From an uncultured delta proteobacterium (lineage in GTDB: Bacteria > Desulfobacterota > Desulfobacteria > Desulfobacterales > Desulfatirhabdiaceae), in contig CAWBKP010000015.1 in the NCBI GenBank assembly GCA_963789395.1, forward strand, positions 32,001 to 96,000: a DNA stretch of 64,000 nucleotides, given 5' to 3'. Below the pieces are notes generated by a model. The model was not told the origin of the DNA, searched no databases, and worked only from the letters and a program-made list of their open reading frames with translations. Of this stretch, positions 10,284 through 20,961 are shown in pieces (the stretch's first letter is position 1; the number at the start of each line of letters is the position of its first letter). The position numbers and the translations under genes are program-made.

Positions 10284-11618
10284 TTATTTAAATGGCGAAA
10301 AGCCTCTTCCAAACTTCTTAAGGCCGCCCTTGTTTATTTTCTTCATCATCTTCATGACATGGTCATAGTTTTTCAGCAGTTGATTCACATCCTGAACCGT
10401 TGTGCCGCTGCCGCCGGCAATCCGCTTTCTTCTGCTGCCGTTGATGACGCCGTGTTTATGACGTTCCAGCGGGGTCATGGAATTGATAATGGCCACAACC
10501 CGGCCCAGTTCTTTTTCATCCACCTGAAGGTCCTTGAGATGTTTGTTCTGGCCTACACCCGGAATCATGTTGATGAGATCCGTCAAAGATCCCATTTTTC
10601 GGATCTGAATCATCTGATCCCGAAAATCCTCAAGGGTAAACTGGTTTTTTCGAAGCTTTTTCTCCAGCTCGACAGCCTGTTTTTCGTCCACCACGGATTG
10701 AGCCTTCTCAATCATGGTCAGGACGTCCCCCATTCCCAGGATTCTGGAGGCCATCCGGTCGGGATGAAACACCTCAAAATCATTCAGCTTTTCACCGACG
10801 CCGATGAATTTTATGGGCTTATCGATGACCGTCTTTATGGAAATTGCAGCCCCGCCCCTGGCATCGCCGTCCATTTTGGTCAGAATCACCCCGCCGATAT
10901 TCAGTGCATCGTTAAAGGCGGTGGCAATGTTTACCGCATCCTGGCCGGTCATGGCATCGGCCACCAGCAAAATATCCGAGGGCTTCACCCGATCTCGAAT
11001 ACGGGCGAGTTCCTGCATCAGATCCGTATCAACGTGAAGGCGGCCCGCAGTATCCAGAATCAGTGTATCCAGGCCTTCCCGATGCGCCCGGTTTCTGGCT
11101 TCCATGCAGATATCCACAGGATCCATGTCCGGCGTTGAAGGAAACACCGGAACCGAAAGCTGATCCCCCAGTTTTTTGAGCTGTTCAATGGCTGCCGGAC
11201 GATAGACGTCCGCGGGAACCAGATAGGGCTTTTTTCCTTTTTTTCTTAAGTATATCGAAAGTTTTCCAGCAGTTGTGGTTTTCCCGGAGCCCTGAAGCCC
11301 AATGAGCATGATGGAAACCGGTCTTTCTCCGGACAGGTTCAGGTCCACCTGCCGGGAACCCATCAGCCGGGCCAGCTCTTCGTTGACAATCTTGATGACC
11401 TGCTGGCCGGGTGTCAGGCTGGACATAACTTCCCTGCCCAATGCCCGGTCCTTGATATCAGCGACGAATTTTTTGACCACCTTATAGTGGACATCTGCCT
11501 CAAGAAGCGCCAGTCGCACTTCTTTAAGCCCATCCTGAATGTTTTTTTCAGACAGGGTTCCGTGACCCTTTAACTGCTTAAAAACAGCATTCAGTTTGTC
11601 GCTGAGATTGTCAAACAT
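10284..11618 (-). CDS. ffh: Signal recognition particle protein
   Basis: ALLEADV, GLQGSGKTTT, DTAGRL, TKMDGDARGG, RILGMGD, Met-rich M domain. Confidence 0.98.
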   Translation of the reverse strand: MFDNLSDKLNAVFKQLKGHGTLSEKNIQDGLKEVRLALLEADVHYKVVKKFVADIKDRALGREVMSSLTPGQQVIKIVNEELARLMGSRQVDLNLSGERPVSIMLIGLQGSGKTTTAGKLSIYLRKKGKKPYLVPADVYRPAAIEQLKKLGDQLSVPVFPSTPDMDPVDICMEARNRAHREGLDTLILDTAGRLHVDTDLMQELARIRDRVKPSDILLVADAMTGQDAVNIATAFNDALNIGGVILTKMDGDARGGAAISIKTVIDKPIKFIGVGEKLNDFEVFHPDRMASRILGMGDVLTMIEKAQSVVDEKQAVELEKKLRKNQFTLEDFRDQMIQIRKMGSLTDLINMIPGVGQNKHLKDLQVDEKELGRVVAIINSMTPLERHKHGVINGSRRKRIAGGSGTTVQDVNQLLKNYDHVMKMMKKINKGGLKKFGRGFSPFK

Positions 11619-11650
11619 AAAATTCACCTAAAGGCGTTACTAAATCCTTG

Positions 11651-11679
11651 AAAATAATATGGTAGAAATGGTATGTCAA
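11651..11679 (-). promoter_or_regulatory. Putative sigma70 promoter of the ffh operon
   Basis: Minus strand TTGACA-17 nt-TATTTT, about 30 nt upstream of the ffh start. Confidence 0.55.
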
Positions 11680-11712
11680 GAAAATAGTTTGTTTTTCACG
11701 AAAGGCCTAAAT

Positions 11713-12768
11713 ATGAAATCTGACATGAGTGTATCCATACCCACTGACATCAAGAACCTGAGCCGGGAACAACTGGGGGTCTGGCTGGAGGAAAACGGCA
11801 TAAAACCCTACCGCGCCGGTCAGATTTTCAAATGGATATTTTCTCATCAGACAGATCAGTTTACCAGCATGACGGACCTGGGTCAAGAACTGCGAGAAAA
11901 ACTTGAGGCCCACTTTGTCATTTCCCGTCTGAATATCGAAAAAATCGAGACATCCCGGGACGGCACCCAAAAATTTCTATTCAGGCTGGCGGACGGCAAT
12001 TGTGTTGAAACCGTCCTGATTCCTGAAAAAAACCACTATACCCTGTGCATTTCCAGCCAGGTAGGCTGTGCCATGGGTTGCCGGTTTTGCCTGACCGCAA
12101 GCGGCGGGTTTATCCGAAATCTGACGCCCGGTGAAATCGTTTCCCAGGTTCGGGATATCAAAAAACATATCGGATCCGAGCCGCTGTCCAATATCGTAAT
12201 GATGGGGATGGGAGAGCCGCTTGCCAATTATGCGAATGTGGTTCAGGCTGTCCGCATCCTGACGGACAGGGATTTCGGGCTTGAATTTTCAACCCGCAGG
12301 GTGACCCTGTCCACAGCCGGCCTGATACCGGAACTGCTGCAACTGGGAAAGGACGTCACGGTCAACCTTGCAATATCCCTCAATGCAACGGATAATGAAA
12401 CCCGCAGCAGCCTGATGCCCATTAACCGGAAATATCCCCTGGAAGACCTTCTGGAAGCCTGCCGGCACTATCCGCTCGCCCCCAGAAAGCGGATCACGTT
12501 TGAATATATTTTAATCCAGGGAATCAATGATTCTCCGCAAGATGCCCTGCGCCTGACGAAACTGCTGCGGCCCATCAAGTCCAAAATCAATCTGATCCCT
12601 TTCAACGAGCATCCCGGCAGCCTATTTCAAAGGCCGGATGAAAAAACCATTCTGAAATTTCAGGACATATTGATTCAGCACCATTATACGGCCATGGTCC
12701 GAAACAGTAAGGGCCAGGATATTTCCGCCGCCTGCGGGCAGCTACGGGCAACCCATGAAATCGCTTGA
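11713..12768 (+). CDS. rlmN: 23S rRNA A2503/tRNA A37 C2-methyltransferase (radical SAM)
   Basis: CISSQVGCAMGCRFC, MGMGEP, NLIPFN, DISAACGQL. Confidence 0.97.
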   Translation: MKSDMSVSIPTDIKNLSREQLGVWLEENGIKPYRAGQIFKWIFSHQTDQFTSMTDLGQELREKLEAHFVISRLNIEKIETSRDGTQKFLFRLADGNCVETVLIPEKNHYTLCISSQVGCAMGCRFCLTASGGFIRNLTPGEIVSQVRDIKKHIGSEPLSNIVMMGMGEPLANYANVVQAVRILTDRDFGLEFSTRRVTLSTAGLIPELLQLGKDVTVNLAISLNATDNETRSSLMPINRKYPLEDLLEACRHYPLAPRKRITFEYILIQGINDSPQDALRLTKLLRPIKSKINLIPFNEHPGSLFQRPDEKTILKFQDILIQHHYTAMVRNSKGQDISAACGQLRATHEIA

Positions 12769-13375
12769 AATCGAGATCAAATTTTATATACCGGACATTG
12801 ATATCGTCCGTGACAAAATCCGCTCTCTGGGAGCCCAGCAGACGGGCGGCAGCTTTGAAACCAACATCCGGTTTGACGACGCAGGGCAGCGGCTTGCCGA
12901 GGCGAAAAAACTGCTCAGGCTCCGTCAGGATACACGTTGCCGGCTGACCGTAAAATCGCCGCCTGCAGATGCAGACACTGATTTTAAAATCTTCAGGGAA
13001 CTGGAAGTGGAAGTCAGCGATTCAAAAACCATGACAGCCATCCTGGAGCAGCTTGGTTTTTTCCCCCGACAGGTGTATGAAAAATATCGTGAAACCTATC
13101 TTTTCAGCCATACGGAGCTTTGCCTGGACACCCTGCCGTATGGGCATTTTCTGGAAATCGAGGGCGGAAAAGACGATATTCGGAAGGCGGCCGCGGCCAT
13201 CGGCTTAAACTGGGAAAAAAGAATTACCGAGAATTACCTGGCCTTGTTTGCCGCACTCCAAAAGCAGTTAAAACTGCCGTTTGAAGATGTGACGTTTGAG
13301 AATTTCAAGAACATGGCGTTAGACGACTCCCTGATCCATAACATACTGGAATCAGGGAGTTCGCCCCGCAAATAA
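12755..13375 (+). CDS. CYTH-domain protein (class IV adenylate cyclase-like)
   Basis: N-terminal EIEIKF, LLRLR, ELEVEV, YEKYRE, FLEIEG. Confidence 0.88.
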   Translation: MKSLEIEIKFYIPDIDIVRDKIRSLGAQQTGGSFETNIRFDDAGQRLAEAKKLLRLRQDTRCRLTVKSPPADADTDFKIFRELEVEVSDSKTMTAILEQLGFFPRQVYEKYRETYLFSHTELCLDTLPYGHFLEIEGGKDDIRKAAAAIGLNWEKRITENYLALFAALQKQLKLPFEDVTFENFKNMALDDSLIHNILESGSSPRK

Positions 13376-13383
13376 CAGGGTGT

Positions 13384-13758
13384 TCAGTCAGGATAATATG
13401 TCGCGCAGGCGTTATGGGATTCCCAGGTGGTAACACTGTAAACATAAGCTGCAGGAGAATAAAAAGTGTCCTTTAGCCCGGTTGCGATATACAGCGCCAG
13501 GTTTTCCGAAGATGACGGAAAATGATCGCCAAATCCTTCCAGATCGTTTAAAAAACAGTGATCCAACTTCTCCACAATGCGTTTGACCGCCTGCTTGATT
13601 TCTCCGAAATCCACCAGAACCCCTGCGGCATTCAATTCTTTCCCCCGAATGCAAACCTCGACTTTCCAGTTATGGCCATGAAGGTTTTCACATTTCTTGT
13701 CCACCATTTTCAGTTGATGCGCAGCCGCAAAATGAGAGACGACTTTGAGTTCAAACAT
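13384..13758 (-). CDS. queD: 6-carboxy-5,6,7,8-tetrahydropterin synthase
   Basis: FAAAHQL, CENLHGHNW, LDHCFLN, SSENLA, WES. Confidence 0.92.
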   Translation of the reverse strand: MFELKVVSHFAAAHQLKMVDKKCENLHGHNWKVEVCIRGKELNAAGVLVDFGEIKQAVKRIVEKLDHCFLNDLEGFGDHFPSSSENLALYIATGLKDTFYSPAAYVYSVTTWESHNACATYYPD

Positions 13759-13782
13759 ATTTTTCCCCTCTATAAATCAGGA

Positions 13783-14892
13783 CTACCTTCCGGCAGCGCC
13801 TCCTTTTAATATATTTTTCAGCTTGTTTGAGAATTTACCGGATTCCAGCTTTTTAAATTCCCGCAGCAGATCTTCCTGTTTTTTACTGAGATGGGTCGGT
13901 GTTTTGATATCTACCTGAATGACCTGGTCCCCGCGTTTCCCGTTTCTCAGAGAGGGAATGCCTTCTCCGTAAAATCGGAACAGTTCACCGGGCTGGGTCC
14001 CTTTCGGAATTTTCAGGGTTTTTTCCCCATTTAATGTCGGAACCGTGATTTCATCACCCAGAGCCGCTTGAATAAAAGATATGGGAACCACGCAAATGAC
14101 ATCCACATTGCTCCTTTGAAAAAACGCATGGGGTTCAACGTGGATGAAAACATAAAGATCGCCGGGAGGCCCGTTGTGGGAACCGGCTTCGCCCTCGCCG
14201 GTCAGCCTGAGGCGGGAGCCGGTATCAACCCCGCCGGGGATTTTTACAGACACTTTTTTATGAATCAGCACCTTGCCGGCGCCGCTGCATTCGGTGCAGG
14301 GATTGGCGATGATCTGTCCCTGACCCCGACAGGAGGGACAGGTGGTTCGCACCGTAAAAAAACCCTGGCTGCGGGAAACCTGGCCGGAGCCCTGGCAGTG
14401 ACGGCAGTTTTCCGGATATGTCCCCGGCTTACAGGCGCTGCCTTCGCACTGGGGACAGGTTGCCGTCTTTTCAAGGTCGATTTCCGTTTCCGTCCCGAAT
14501 ACAGCATCCATGAAACTGAGACGCATGTCGTAACGAAGATCCGAGCCTCTCTGGGTGCGGCTCTGGGATCGACCTGCTCCGGAAAACCCGAAAAGATCCT
14601 CAAAAATTCCCCCGAAACTTGAAAAAATATCTTCGAATCCTCGAAACCCTGAAAATCCCGCACCTTCAAGACCCTGATGACCGTACTGATCATAAATCTG
14701 GCGTTTTTGCGGATCCTGCAGCACTTCATACGCTTCGGCAGCCTCTTTAAAATTCTCTTCGGCAGCCTTGTTGCCGGGGTTTTTATCCGGATGATATTTG
14801 ATAGCCTGTTTTCGATAGGCTGATTTCAGCTCGGCTTCCGAGGCATCTCTGCCTACACCCAATATTTCGTAATAGTCCCGCTTAATCGTCAT
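13783..14892 (-). CDS. dnaJ: Chaperone DnaJ
   Basis: J domain with HPD, four CxxCxGxG-type repeats, [13 protein letters not shown]. Confidence 0.96.
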   Translation of the reverse strand: MTIKRDYYEILGVGRDASEAELKSAYRKQAIKYHPDKNPGNKAAEENFKEAAEAYEVLQDPQKRQIYDQYGHQGLEGAGFSGFRGFEDIFSSFGGIFEDLFGFSGAGRSQSRTQRGSDLRYDMRLSFMDAVFGTETEIDLEKTATCPQCEGSACKPGTYPENCRHCQGSGQVSRSQGFFTVRTTCPSCRGQGQIIANPCTECSGAGKVLIHKKVSVKIPGGVDTGSRLRLTGEGEAGSHNGPPGDLYVFIHVEPHAFFQRSNVDVICVVPISFIQAALGDEITVPTLNGEKTLKIPKGTQPGELFRFYGEGIPSLRNGKRGDQVIQVDIKTPTHLSKKQEDLLREFKKLESGKFSNKLKNILKGGAAGR

Positions 14893-14988
14893 GGAGAATC
14901 CTGAAGGTAATCGATACAGATATATGATTGGAAAGTAAAATTCGCGTAAATGAATATCCGCTAAATATTAATGCAATAATTGATGTTG

Positions 14989-16626
14989 TCAACCTACAAA
15001 CGGGCGGCGAATCACCGTATCCTTTTTCCAGCGCTCATCATCCCGGCATGGATATTCGATATTGTAATGAAGCCCTCTGCTCTCTTTTCTGTGCATGGCA
15101 CATTTAATGATCAACTCGGCAACCATTGCAATGTTTCGCAGCTCGATCAGATCGGCAGACACTTTAAAATCCCAATAATATTCCTGAATTTCACTCTGAA
15201 TAATTTCGATTCGGCGTCTTGCCCGGTTAAGCCGCTTGTCCGAGCGAACAATTCCCACATAATTCCACATGAACCGTCGGATTTCATCCCAGTTTTGCGT
15301 GACCATGATCAGTTCATCGCCATGCGTCGTGCCGACCTCATCCCAGCCGGGAGCCTCAGGCATTGCCTTGAAATCCATGGATTGAAGCTCCTTTACGGCC
15401 TCATCCGCAGCGGAATCCGCATATACCAGCGCTTCTATGAGGGAATTGCTGGCAAGCCGGTTGGCTCCATGCAGCCCGGTACAGGCCGTCTCTCCGATAG
15501 CATACAGTCTGTGAATATCCGTGCGGCCGCACATATCCGTGGAAACGCCGCCACACATGTAATGGGCGGCCGGCACCACCGGAACGGGCCCGGCAGTCAT
15601 GTCCAGACCGAAACCAAGGCATTTCTGATAGAGATTCGGGAACCGCGATTTGATAAATTCCGGCTTTTTATGCGATATGTCGAGGTAAACCGAATCATCT
15701 CCGCTTTTCTTCAATTCGGTATCAATAGCACGGGCCACCACATCTCTACAGGCAAGGTCTTTTTGCGGATCGTATTTTCCCATGAAAGCATGGCCCGCAG
15801 CGTCTACCAGAATACCGCCTTCCCCCCGGACCGCTTCGGAAATCAGAAAATTCTTGGCATCCGGATGATACAGACAGGTGGGATGAAACTGAACGAATTC
15901 CAGGTCGGCGACGGTGGCGCCTGCGCGGTACCCCATGGCAATGCCGTCTCCCGTGGCGATATCGGGATTGCTGGTGTACAGATAGACTTTTCCGGCCCCG
16001 CCGGTTGCCAGCAGCGTTATTTTGGCTTCAAAAGTATGGACCTGCTGGGAGAAACGATCCAGAACATAGGCGCCGCAGCAGAAGGCTTCATGGGTGGTTG
16101 TCACCAGTCCGCGTTTCATGCGTGTAGAGCAGGTTATCAGGTCAATGGCGATATGATTTTCAATGACGCGGATACGATCGTTTTCCCGGACATGTGCAAC
16201 CAGAATTTTTTCCAGTTCCAGTCCGGTCATATCCTCGGCATGCACGATCCGTTTCTGAGAATGGCCCCCTTCACGGCCAAGATCAAGATCCGGCGATCCT
16301 TGATATCGCTGTTCTTCCTTGAGGTTAAATTTGACCCCCAGATCGATGAGCTCGCGGATCCGATCGGGTCCGGACCGGACCACTTTTTCAACGACTTCCC
16401 GGTTACACAGACCGTCGCCGGACGCAAGGGTATCCTGAATATGCAGGTCAAAAGAATCCACTTTGCTGAAAACTGAAGCGATCCCCCCTTGCGCCTGAGT
16501 GGTGTTGCTGTCCATGATGCCTTTTTTGGTTACCAATACCACTTCACCAAAATCAGCAACCTTCAGCGCAAATGTCAAGCCGGCCACACCGCTGCCTATC
16601 ACTAAAAAATCGGTTTGAATGTTCAC
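14989..16626 (-). CDS. nadB: L-aspartate oxidase
   Basis: IGSGVAGL, AQGGIA, REGGHS, EFVQFHPT, LISEAVRGEG, HGANRLASNSL, ESRGLH. Confidence 0.96.
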   Translation of the reverse strand: MNIQTDFLVIGSGVAGLTFALKVADFGEVVLVTKKGIMDSNTTQAQGGIASVFSKVDSFDLHIQDTLASGDGLCNREVVEKVVRSGPDRIRELIDLGVKFNLKEEQRYQGSPDLDLGREGGHSQKRIVHAEDMTGLELEKILVAHVRENDRIRVIENHIAIDLITCSTRMKRGLVTTTHEAFCCGAYVLDRFSQQVHTFEAKITLLATGGAGKVYLYTSNPDIATGDGIAMGYRAGATVADLEFVQFHPTCLYHPDAKNFLISEAVRGEGGILVDAAGHAFMGKYDPQKDLACRDVVARAIDTELKKSGDDSVYLDISHKKPEFIKSRFPNLYQKCLGFGLDMTAGPVPVVPAAHYMCGGVSTDMCGRTDIHRLYAIGETACTGLHGANRLASNSLIEALVYADSAADEAVKELQSMDFKAMPEAPGWDEVGTTHGDELIMVTQNWDEIRRFMWNYVGIVRSDKRLNRARRRIEIIQSEIQEYYWDFKVSADLIELRNIAMVAELIIKCAMHRKESRGLHYNIEYPCRDDERWKKDTVIRRPFVG

Positions 16627-16650
16627 AGGAATACCTTTTTTGCAGTTTTA

Positions 16651-17301
16651 TCAGCGAATCAACGAATACGACCGTTTTCTTCTGGTAATGACCCCGATTA
16701 AAAAACCGGCCAGCAGCATGCCGCCGCCTGCCAGAAACCATTTGAAATTCTGATCAAACGTGGCTTTTCCGACCTCGGCTTCCAGCAGTTCGAGCTTTTT
16801 GCCCTGTTCGGAAACCTTAACCAGAGCCGCTTCATAATCTGCTCTGAGCTTGGCAACTTCCTGAGAATCTTTTTTCAATGTCTGGTAACTGTCATTCAGC
16901 GTCTGCAATTGCTGGCTGCAATTTTGCTGTTCTACGGCAAGATTCCGGTTTTCCTCCTGAAGTCTGCGGGCGTCTTCCGGGGGAATGCCGGTCTGGGCGG
17001 AAAGCTCGGCATATTTTTTTTCAAGCTCTTTAAGCGCCAGGGAACTAGGCATCTGCGTCGACAGAAAACGGCTCAGGACCCATCCCTCCTTGTCGTTCGA
17101 AAGCCGTATCTTTGTCCATTCATTTCCAGACTGCAGGACATTCACCTGGTCTCCAGTGGCCAGAATGCTGACTATTTTTTTATCGTTTCCCGGTTCCTGG
17201 CGAACCGTAAGCCTGATATTCTCTGAAACATAAACATTTTCGGCCCACGATGTCCCGGCCAGCAGTAAAATCCAGCACCCGATCAATACAATACGATTCA
17301 T
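16651..17301 (-). CDS. SH3-domain membrane-anchored protein (YgiM/TIGR04211-like)
   Basis: Signal peptide, SH3b (WTKIRL..KEGWVLSRFL), coiled coil, C-terminal TM (WFLAGGGMLLAGFLIG) and RRKR tail. Confidence 0.88.
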   Translation of the reverse strand: MNRIVLIGCWILLLAGTSWAENVYVSENIRLTVRQEPGNDKKIVSILATGDQVNVLQSGNEWTKIRLSNDKEGWVLSRFLSTQMPSSLALKELEKKYAELSAQTGIPPEDARRLQEENRNLAVEQQNCSQQLQTLNDSYQTLKKDSQEVAKLRADYEAALVKVSEQGKKLELLEAEVGKATFDQNFKWFLAGGGMLLAGFLIGVITRRKRSYSLIR

Positions 17302-17509
17302 GGATAACGGTCTCCAAATTTGGGGGTTGCCCTGGACAGCATCAGGGGTTACGCTGAAACAGCTGCTGTATTTTGAGTTGAATTCCCTTGCGCTGTCAAT
17401 AATTTCTTTTCAATTTTATAGGGGTATGGTATTTTTATAATTCATAAAAATCGTCTTTGACGATTCATTTTTCAGTCAACCATGTATCAAGCTGCCCGGG
17501 TGAGAGGAA

Positions 17510-17920
17510 ATGATTGTTTTTGATTTAAGATGTTTACAGGGCCATCAGTTTGAGGGCTGGTTTGATGACGGGAATGCCTACGAAGATCAGAAAGCCAGGG
17601 GATTGTTAACCTGTCCGGTATGTCATGACGCCAATGTCTCAAAGATACCGACAGCCTTTTCCATTAAAGCCTCTCATTCTGACAAACGGCCCGCCCTTGC
17701 ACAGAAAGAGCTTGCCAGACTTGAAAAAACACTCGCTGCGTTTATTGAAACCAATTTTGACAATGTCGGCTCCCGGTTTGCCACCGAAGCATTGAAAATC
17801 CATTACGGCGTCACCGAACCCCGGAACATCAGGGGAACCAGCACGCAGGAAGAAGAAAAAACGCTGAAAGAAGAAGGCATTGAGTTTATAAAGATCCCCG
17901 TTGTTTCAAACGACGGATGA
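17510..17920 (+). CDS. DUF1178-family zinc-ribbon protein
   Basis: MIVFDLRC..GHQFEGWF, CPVC, FATEALKIHYG, LKEEGIE. Confidence 0.88.
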   Translation: MIVFDLRCLQGHQFEGWFDDGNAYEDQKARGLLTCPVCHDANVSKIPTAFSIKASHSDKRPALAQKELARLEKTLAAFIETNFDNVGSRFATEALKIHYGVTEPRNIRGTSTQEEEKTLKEEGIEFIKIPVVSNDG

Positions 17921-17969
17921 CATACGGCATACAACTTCGGGCGGGCAGACGACAGAACCAATATACGCG

Positions 17970-19706
17970 TCATCTGTCATCTTCCGTCCGTTCTGCATCA
18001 CAGGCACCGCATGCGCGGCATTCCGTCATGGGGCAGGCAGGCGAGGTTTTTCCCGCCATTGCCTTGACGTACTCCTTTTCCAGGAAGCTCTTTTTGACCC
18101 CGTTATCGATATGATCCCATGGCAACACCTCATCCAGAGGCCGCTGCCGATGGATGTAAAACGAAAGGGAAAAACCCGGCGTTTCCTTGAAGGTTTTTCT
18201 CCAGTCACCCTTGTTTTGGACGGCCCGGATCAGCAGGTCCGATACCCTGCGGTCGCCTCTGGACAAAAAGGCCTGAACCGCTGCCTCCTTGAAACTGTTT
18301 GCTTCAACCCGCACATTGGGAACCTGTTTCAGGCCAAGATTGATGATTGCCAGTTTTTTTTTCAACACGGGCATCGTATCCATTGCAGCCCACTGAAACG
18401 GCGTGGCAGGCTTGGGAATAAAGGCATTGACACTGATTGTCATCTCACCGATACGGCCCTGAACCCTGCTGCTTTCCAGAAAAGCACCCTTGACCTTTTG
18501 GCAGAGGGTGACTATGGCGTGAACATCTTCGATGGTTTCCGTGGGAAGCCCCACCATAAAATAGAGCTTCAGGTTCGGAATCCCGGCTGCCACCAGCGCT
18601 GAAGCGGCGTTTAAGATCTGAGATTCCGTAATTCCCTTGTTGATTACCCGGCGCATGCGCTCCGATCCGCCATCCGGGGCTATGGTCGCTGTCTTGACAC
18701 CGCTTTGAGCCAGAGACGAAACCAGATCCGGCGTCAGGGCATCCGCCCGAAGCGAGCTGAATGAAAGCTGCACCCCTGTTTCCCGCGCCTGATCACAGAG
18801 TCTGCCAAGATCGGGAAGATCCGATACCGCCGCACCGACCAGACCGATTTTTGTCGACAGTTTCGCCCCTTCTTGCATACACGCAGCCAGAAGCGCCAAG
18901 GGCCTGAACCGCGGCGGACGGTAAACAAACCCGGCCGAACAAAACCGGCAGCCATGGGGACATCCCCTGCTGACCTCGATCAGACACGTGTTTCCAAATG
19001 AAGAATTCGGCGTAATGACAACGCTCTGCGTGGGCACGTCTTCAAGGTGGGGCACATGAACCCGGCTGATTTTCCGGGGAGGAGGAAACTTTCCAACTGG
19101 ATTCAGCGATTCAAGAATGCCATCGGATGTATAGCTGTCCTGATAACGGGCGGGAATATAGGCACCGGGCACCTGCCGGGCAAGTCTGTCCAGCAAAGCG
19201 CCGTGATCTGAACTGAATTCAACACAATCCATGAACCGGGGAAGCAGGTGTTCCGCTTCCCCGATCAGAAAGCAATCGATAAAATGGGCGATGGGTTCGG
19301 GATTGATGAAACAGGCGACCCCTCCGGCAATGACGAGTGGATGGGCTGCATGTCTTTGAGATGACAGCAGCGGAATACCGGCATCCTTGAGCAGTGTCAG
19401 CAGGTTGAGATAATCATTTTCAAAAGAAATAGAAAAGGCTATGATATCAAAATCTTCAAGATGACTTCCGGATTCCACGGAAACAGCTGGACCCGGTATA
19501 TCCGGAAGAAACGCCCTTTCACACACCACGGATGCCATGCTGTTCAACAGGCGGTAAACAGCTTGGAATCCCAGATTGGGCAGCCCCACGGCATAATGAT
19601 TGGGATAAACCAGCGCAATGCTGGTTTTCCCCTTCCAGTTTTTTCGAATGCTCCCTGTTTCGGCTTTGGCATGCTCATGGTGACGCTTCGCCCTGCCATG
19701 CCTCAA
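17970..19706 (-). CDS. Radical SAM protein (TIGR03960/YgiQ-like) downstream of ftsZ
   Basis: ALVYPNHY.VGLPNLGF, CERAFLP, EVSRGCPHGCRFC, KLYFMVGLPTE, FIPKPATPFQW, C-terminal C..C..CGAC. Start uncertain. Confidence 0.85.
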   Translation of the reverse strand: MRHGRAKRHHEHAKAETGSIRKNWKGKTSIALVYPNHYAVGLPNLGFQAVYRLLNSMASVVCERAFLPDIPGPAVSVESGSHLEDFDIIAFSISFENDYLNLLTLLKDAGIPLLSSQRHAAHPLVIAGGVACFINPEPIAHFIDCFLIGEAEHLLPRFMDCVEFSSDHGALLDRLARQVPGAYIPARYQDSYTSDGILESLNPVGKFPPPRKISRVHVPHLEDVPTQSVVITPNSSFGNTCLIEVSRGCPHGCRFCSAGFVYRPPRFRPLALLAACMQEGAKLSTKIGLVGAAVSDLPDLGRLCDQARETGVQLSFSSLRADALTPDLVSSLAQSGVKTATIAPDGGSERMRRVINKGITESQILNAASALVAAGIPNLKLYFMVGLPTETIEDVHAIVTLCQKVKGAFLESSRVQGRIGEMTISVNAFIPKPATPFQWAAMDTMPVLKKKLAIINLGLKQVPNVRVEANSFKEAAVQAFLSRGDRRVSDLLIRAVQNKGDWRKTFKETPGFSLSFYIHRQRPLDEVLPWDHIDNGVKKSFLEKEYVKAMAGKTSPACPMTECRACGACDAERTEDDR

Positions 19707-19709
19707 TCG

Positions 19710-20898
19710 CTAATCCGCCTTTCTTCTTAAAAAAGTGGGCACATCCAGATCGTATTCATCCTGAGCGTTGATCTTGAATCCGCAATCCACATCCGGAATC
19801 GACCGCCTCATCCACCTTGATCTGCTTACGGATAAAAGCCGGCTCCTCATAATCAATGATATTCTCCATGTCCGATGGCGTAATATCTCTTAACCTGCCC
19901 CGAAGCGCCGTCAGTTTCCGCCTTCCCGGAATGATTTCAGCGCTGGACCCAATGCCGGTTGCAATAACGGTCACCCGCATCTCATCACCGAGGTTGTCAT
20001 CAAATATCTGGCCCCAGATGATTTCCGCATCGTCACCCACTTCCTTATGAATGCGATCCGAGGCCTCCGTCATTTCATCCAGGGTAATCTCCCGTGTACT
20101 GGTGATATTCATGAGAACGCCCTTGGCGCCGGAAATGGACATATCCTCTAGAAGCGGGTGCTGAATGGCCCTTTCGGCTGCCTCAACGGCCCGGTTTTCG
20201 CCGCTGGCGATGCCGATGCCCATCAGCGCCATACCGGATTTGGACATGGTATTGCGGACATCTGCAAAGTCCAGATTCACATATCCGGGCATGAAAATCA
20301 AATCCGTGATGCCTTTGACCGAGTTCAGCAGGATTTCATCAGCTTTTTTAAACATATCAATAAGTTTTGCATTTTTTGAGGCCAGCCCTCTCAAGCGGTC
20401 ATTGGGAATGGTAATGACCGTATCGGCTACCTGACGAAGCGACTCGATGCCTTCATCCGCACACCTGGCGCGTTTTTTCCCCTCAAACGAAAAGGGCTTG
20501 GTCACGACGGCAACCGTTAGGATATCCATTTCCTTGCAGATGTCGGCGATTACAGGAGCAGCTCCCGTACCAGTTCCGCCGCCAAAGCCGGCGGTAATAA
20601 AGACCATGTTGCTGCCTGCCAGTGCATTTCGAAGGGCATCGGTATTTTCCAGCGCAGCTTCTCTTCCGACTTGAGAATTGGCGCCGGCACCCAGCCCCTT
20701 GGTCAATTCTTCTCCGAGCTGAAGTTTAATCTGGGCCTTGGAACTGCTGAGCGCCTGCAAATCCGTATTGGCTACAATAAACGTAACCCCTTGAAGGTTG
20801 GATTCAATCATGTTGTTGACGGCATTTCCACCGGCACCGCCAACGCCCACCACTTTAATGACAGCCTGTGTTTCATTCTCTACAAAGCTAAAAGACAT
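19710..20898 (-). CDS. ftsZ: Cell division protein FtsZ (apparent frameshift near 19785)
   Basis: VGVGGAGGNAVN, GGGTGTG, NLDFADV. The conserved tail DLDVPTFLRRKAD* lies in another frame ending at 19710. Confidence 0.97.
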
Positions 20899-20961
20899 AC
20901 TCCCCCCTCCTTAGCCCCCTTAACGATCGCCCATTATTCAAATATTCCATATGATTAATTG

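Noticed and set aside
10359..11138. 259-aa plus-strand ORF and similar antisense ORFs over the dcw genes
   Set aside because: Shadows of well-supported genes on the opposite strand.
14980..16476. 498-aa plus-strand ORF
   Set aside because: Antisense shadow of nadB with no recognisable motifs.
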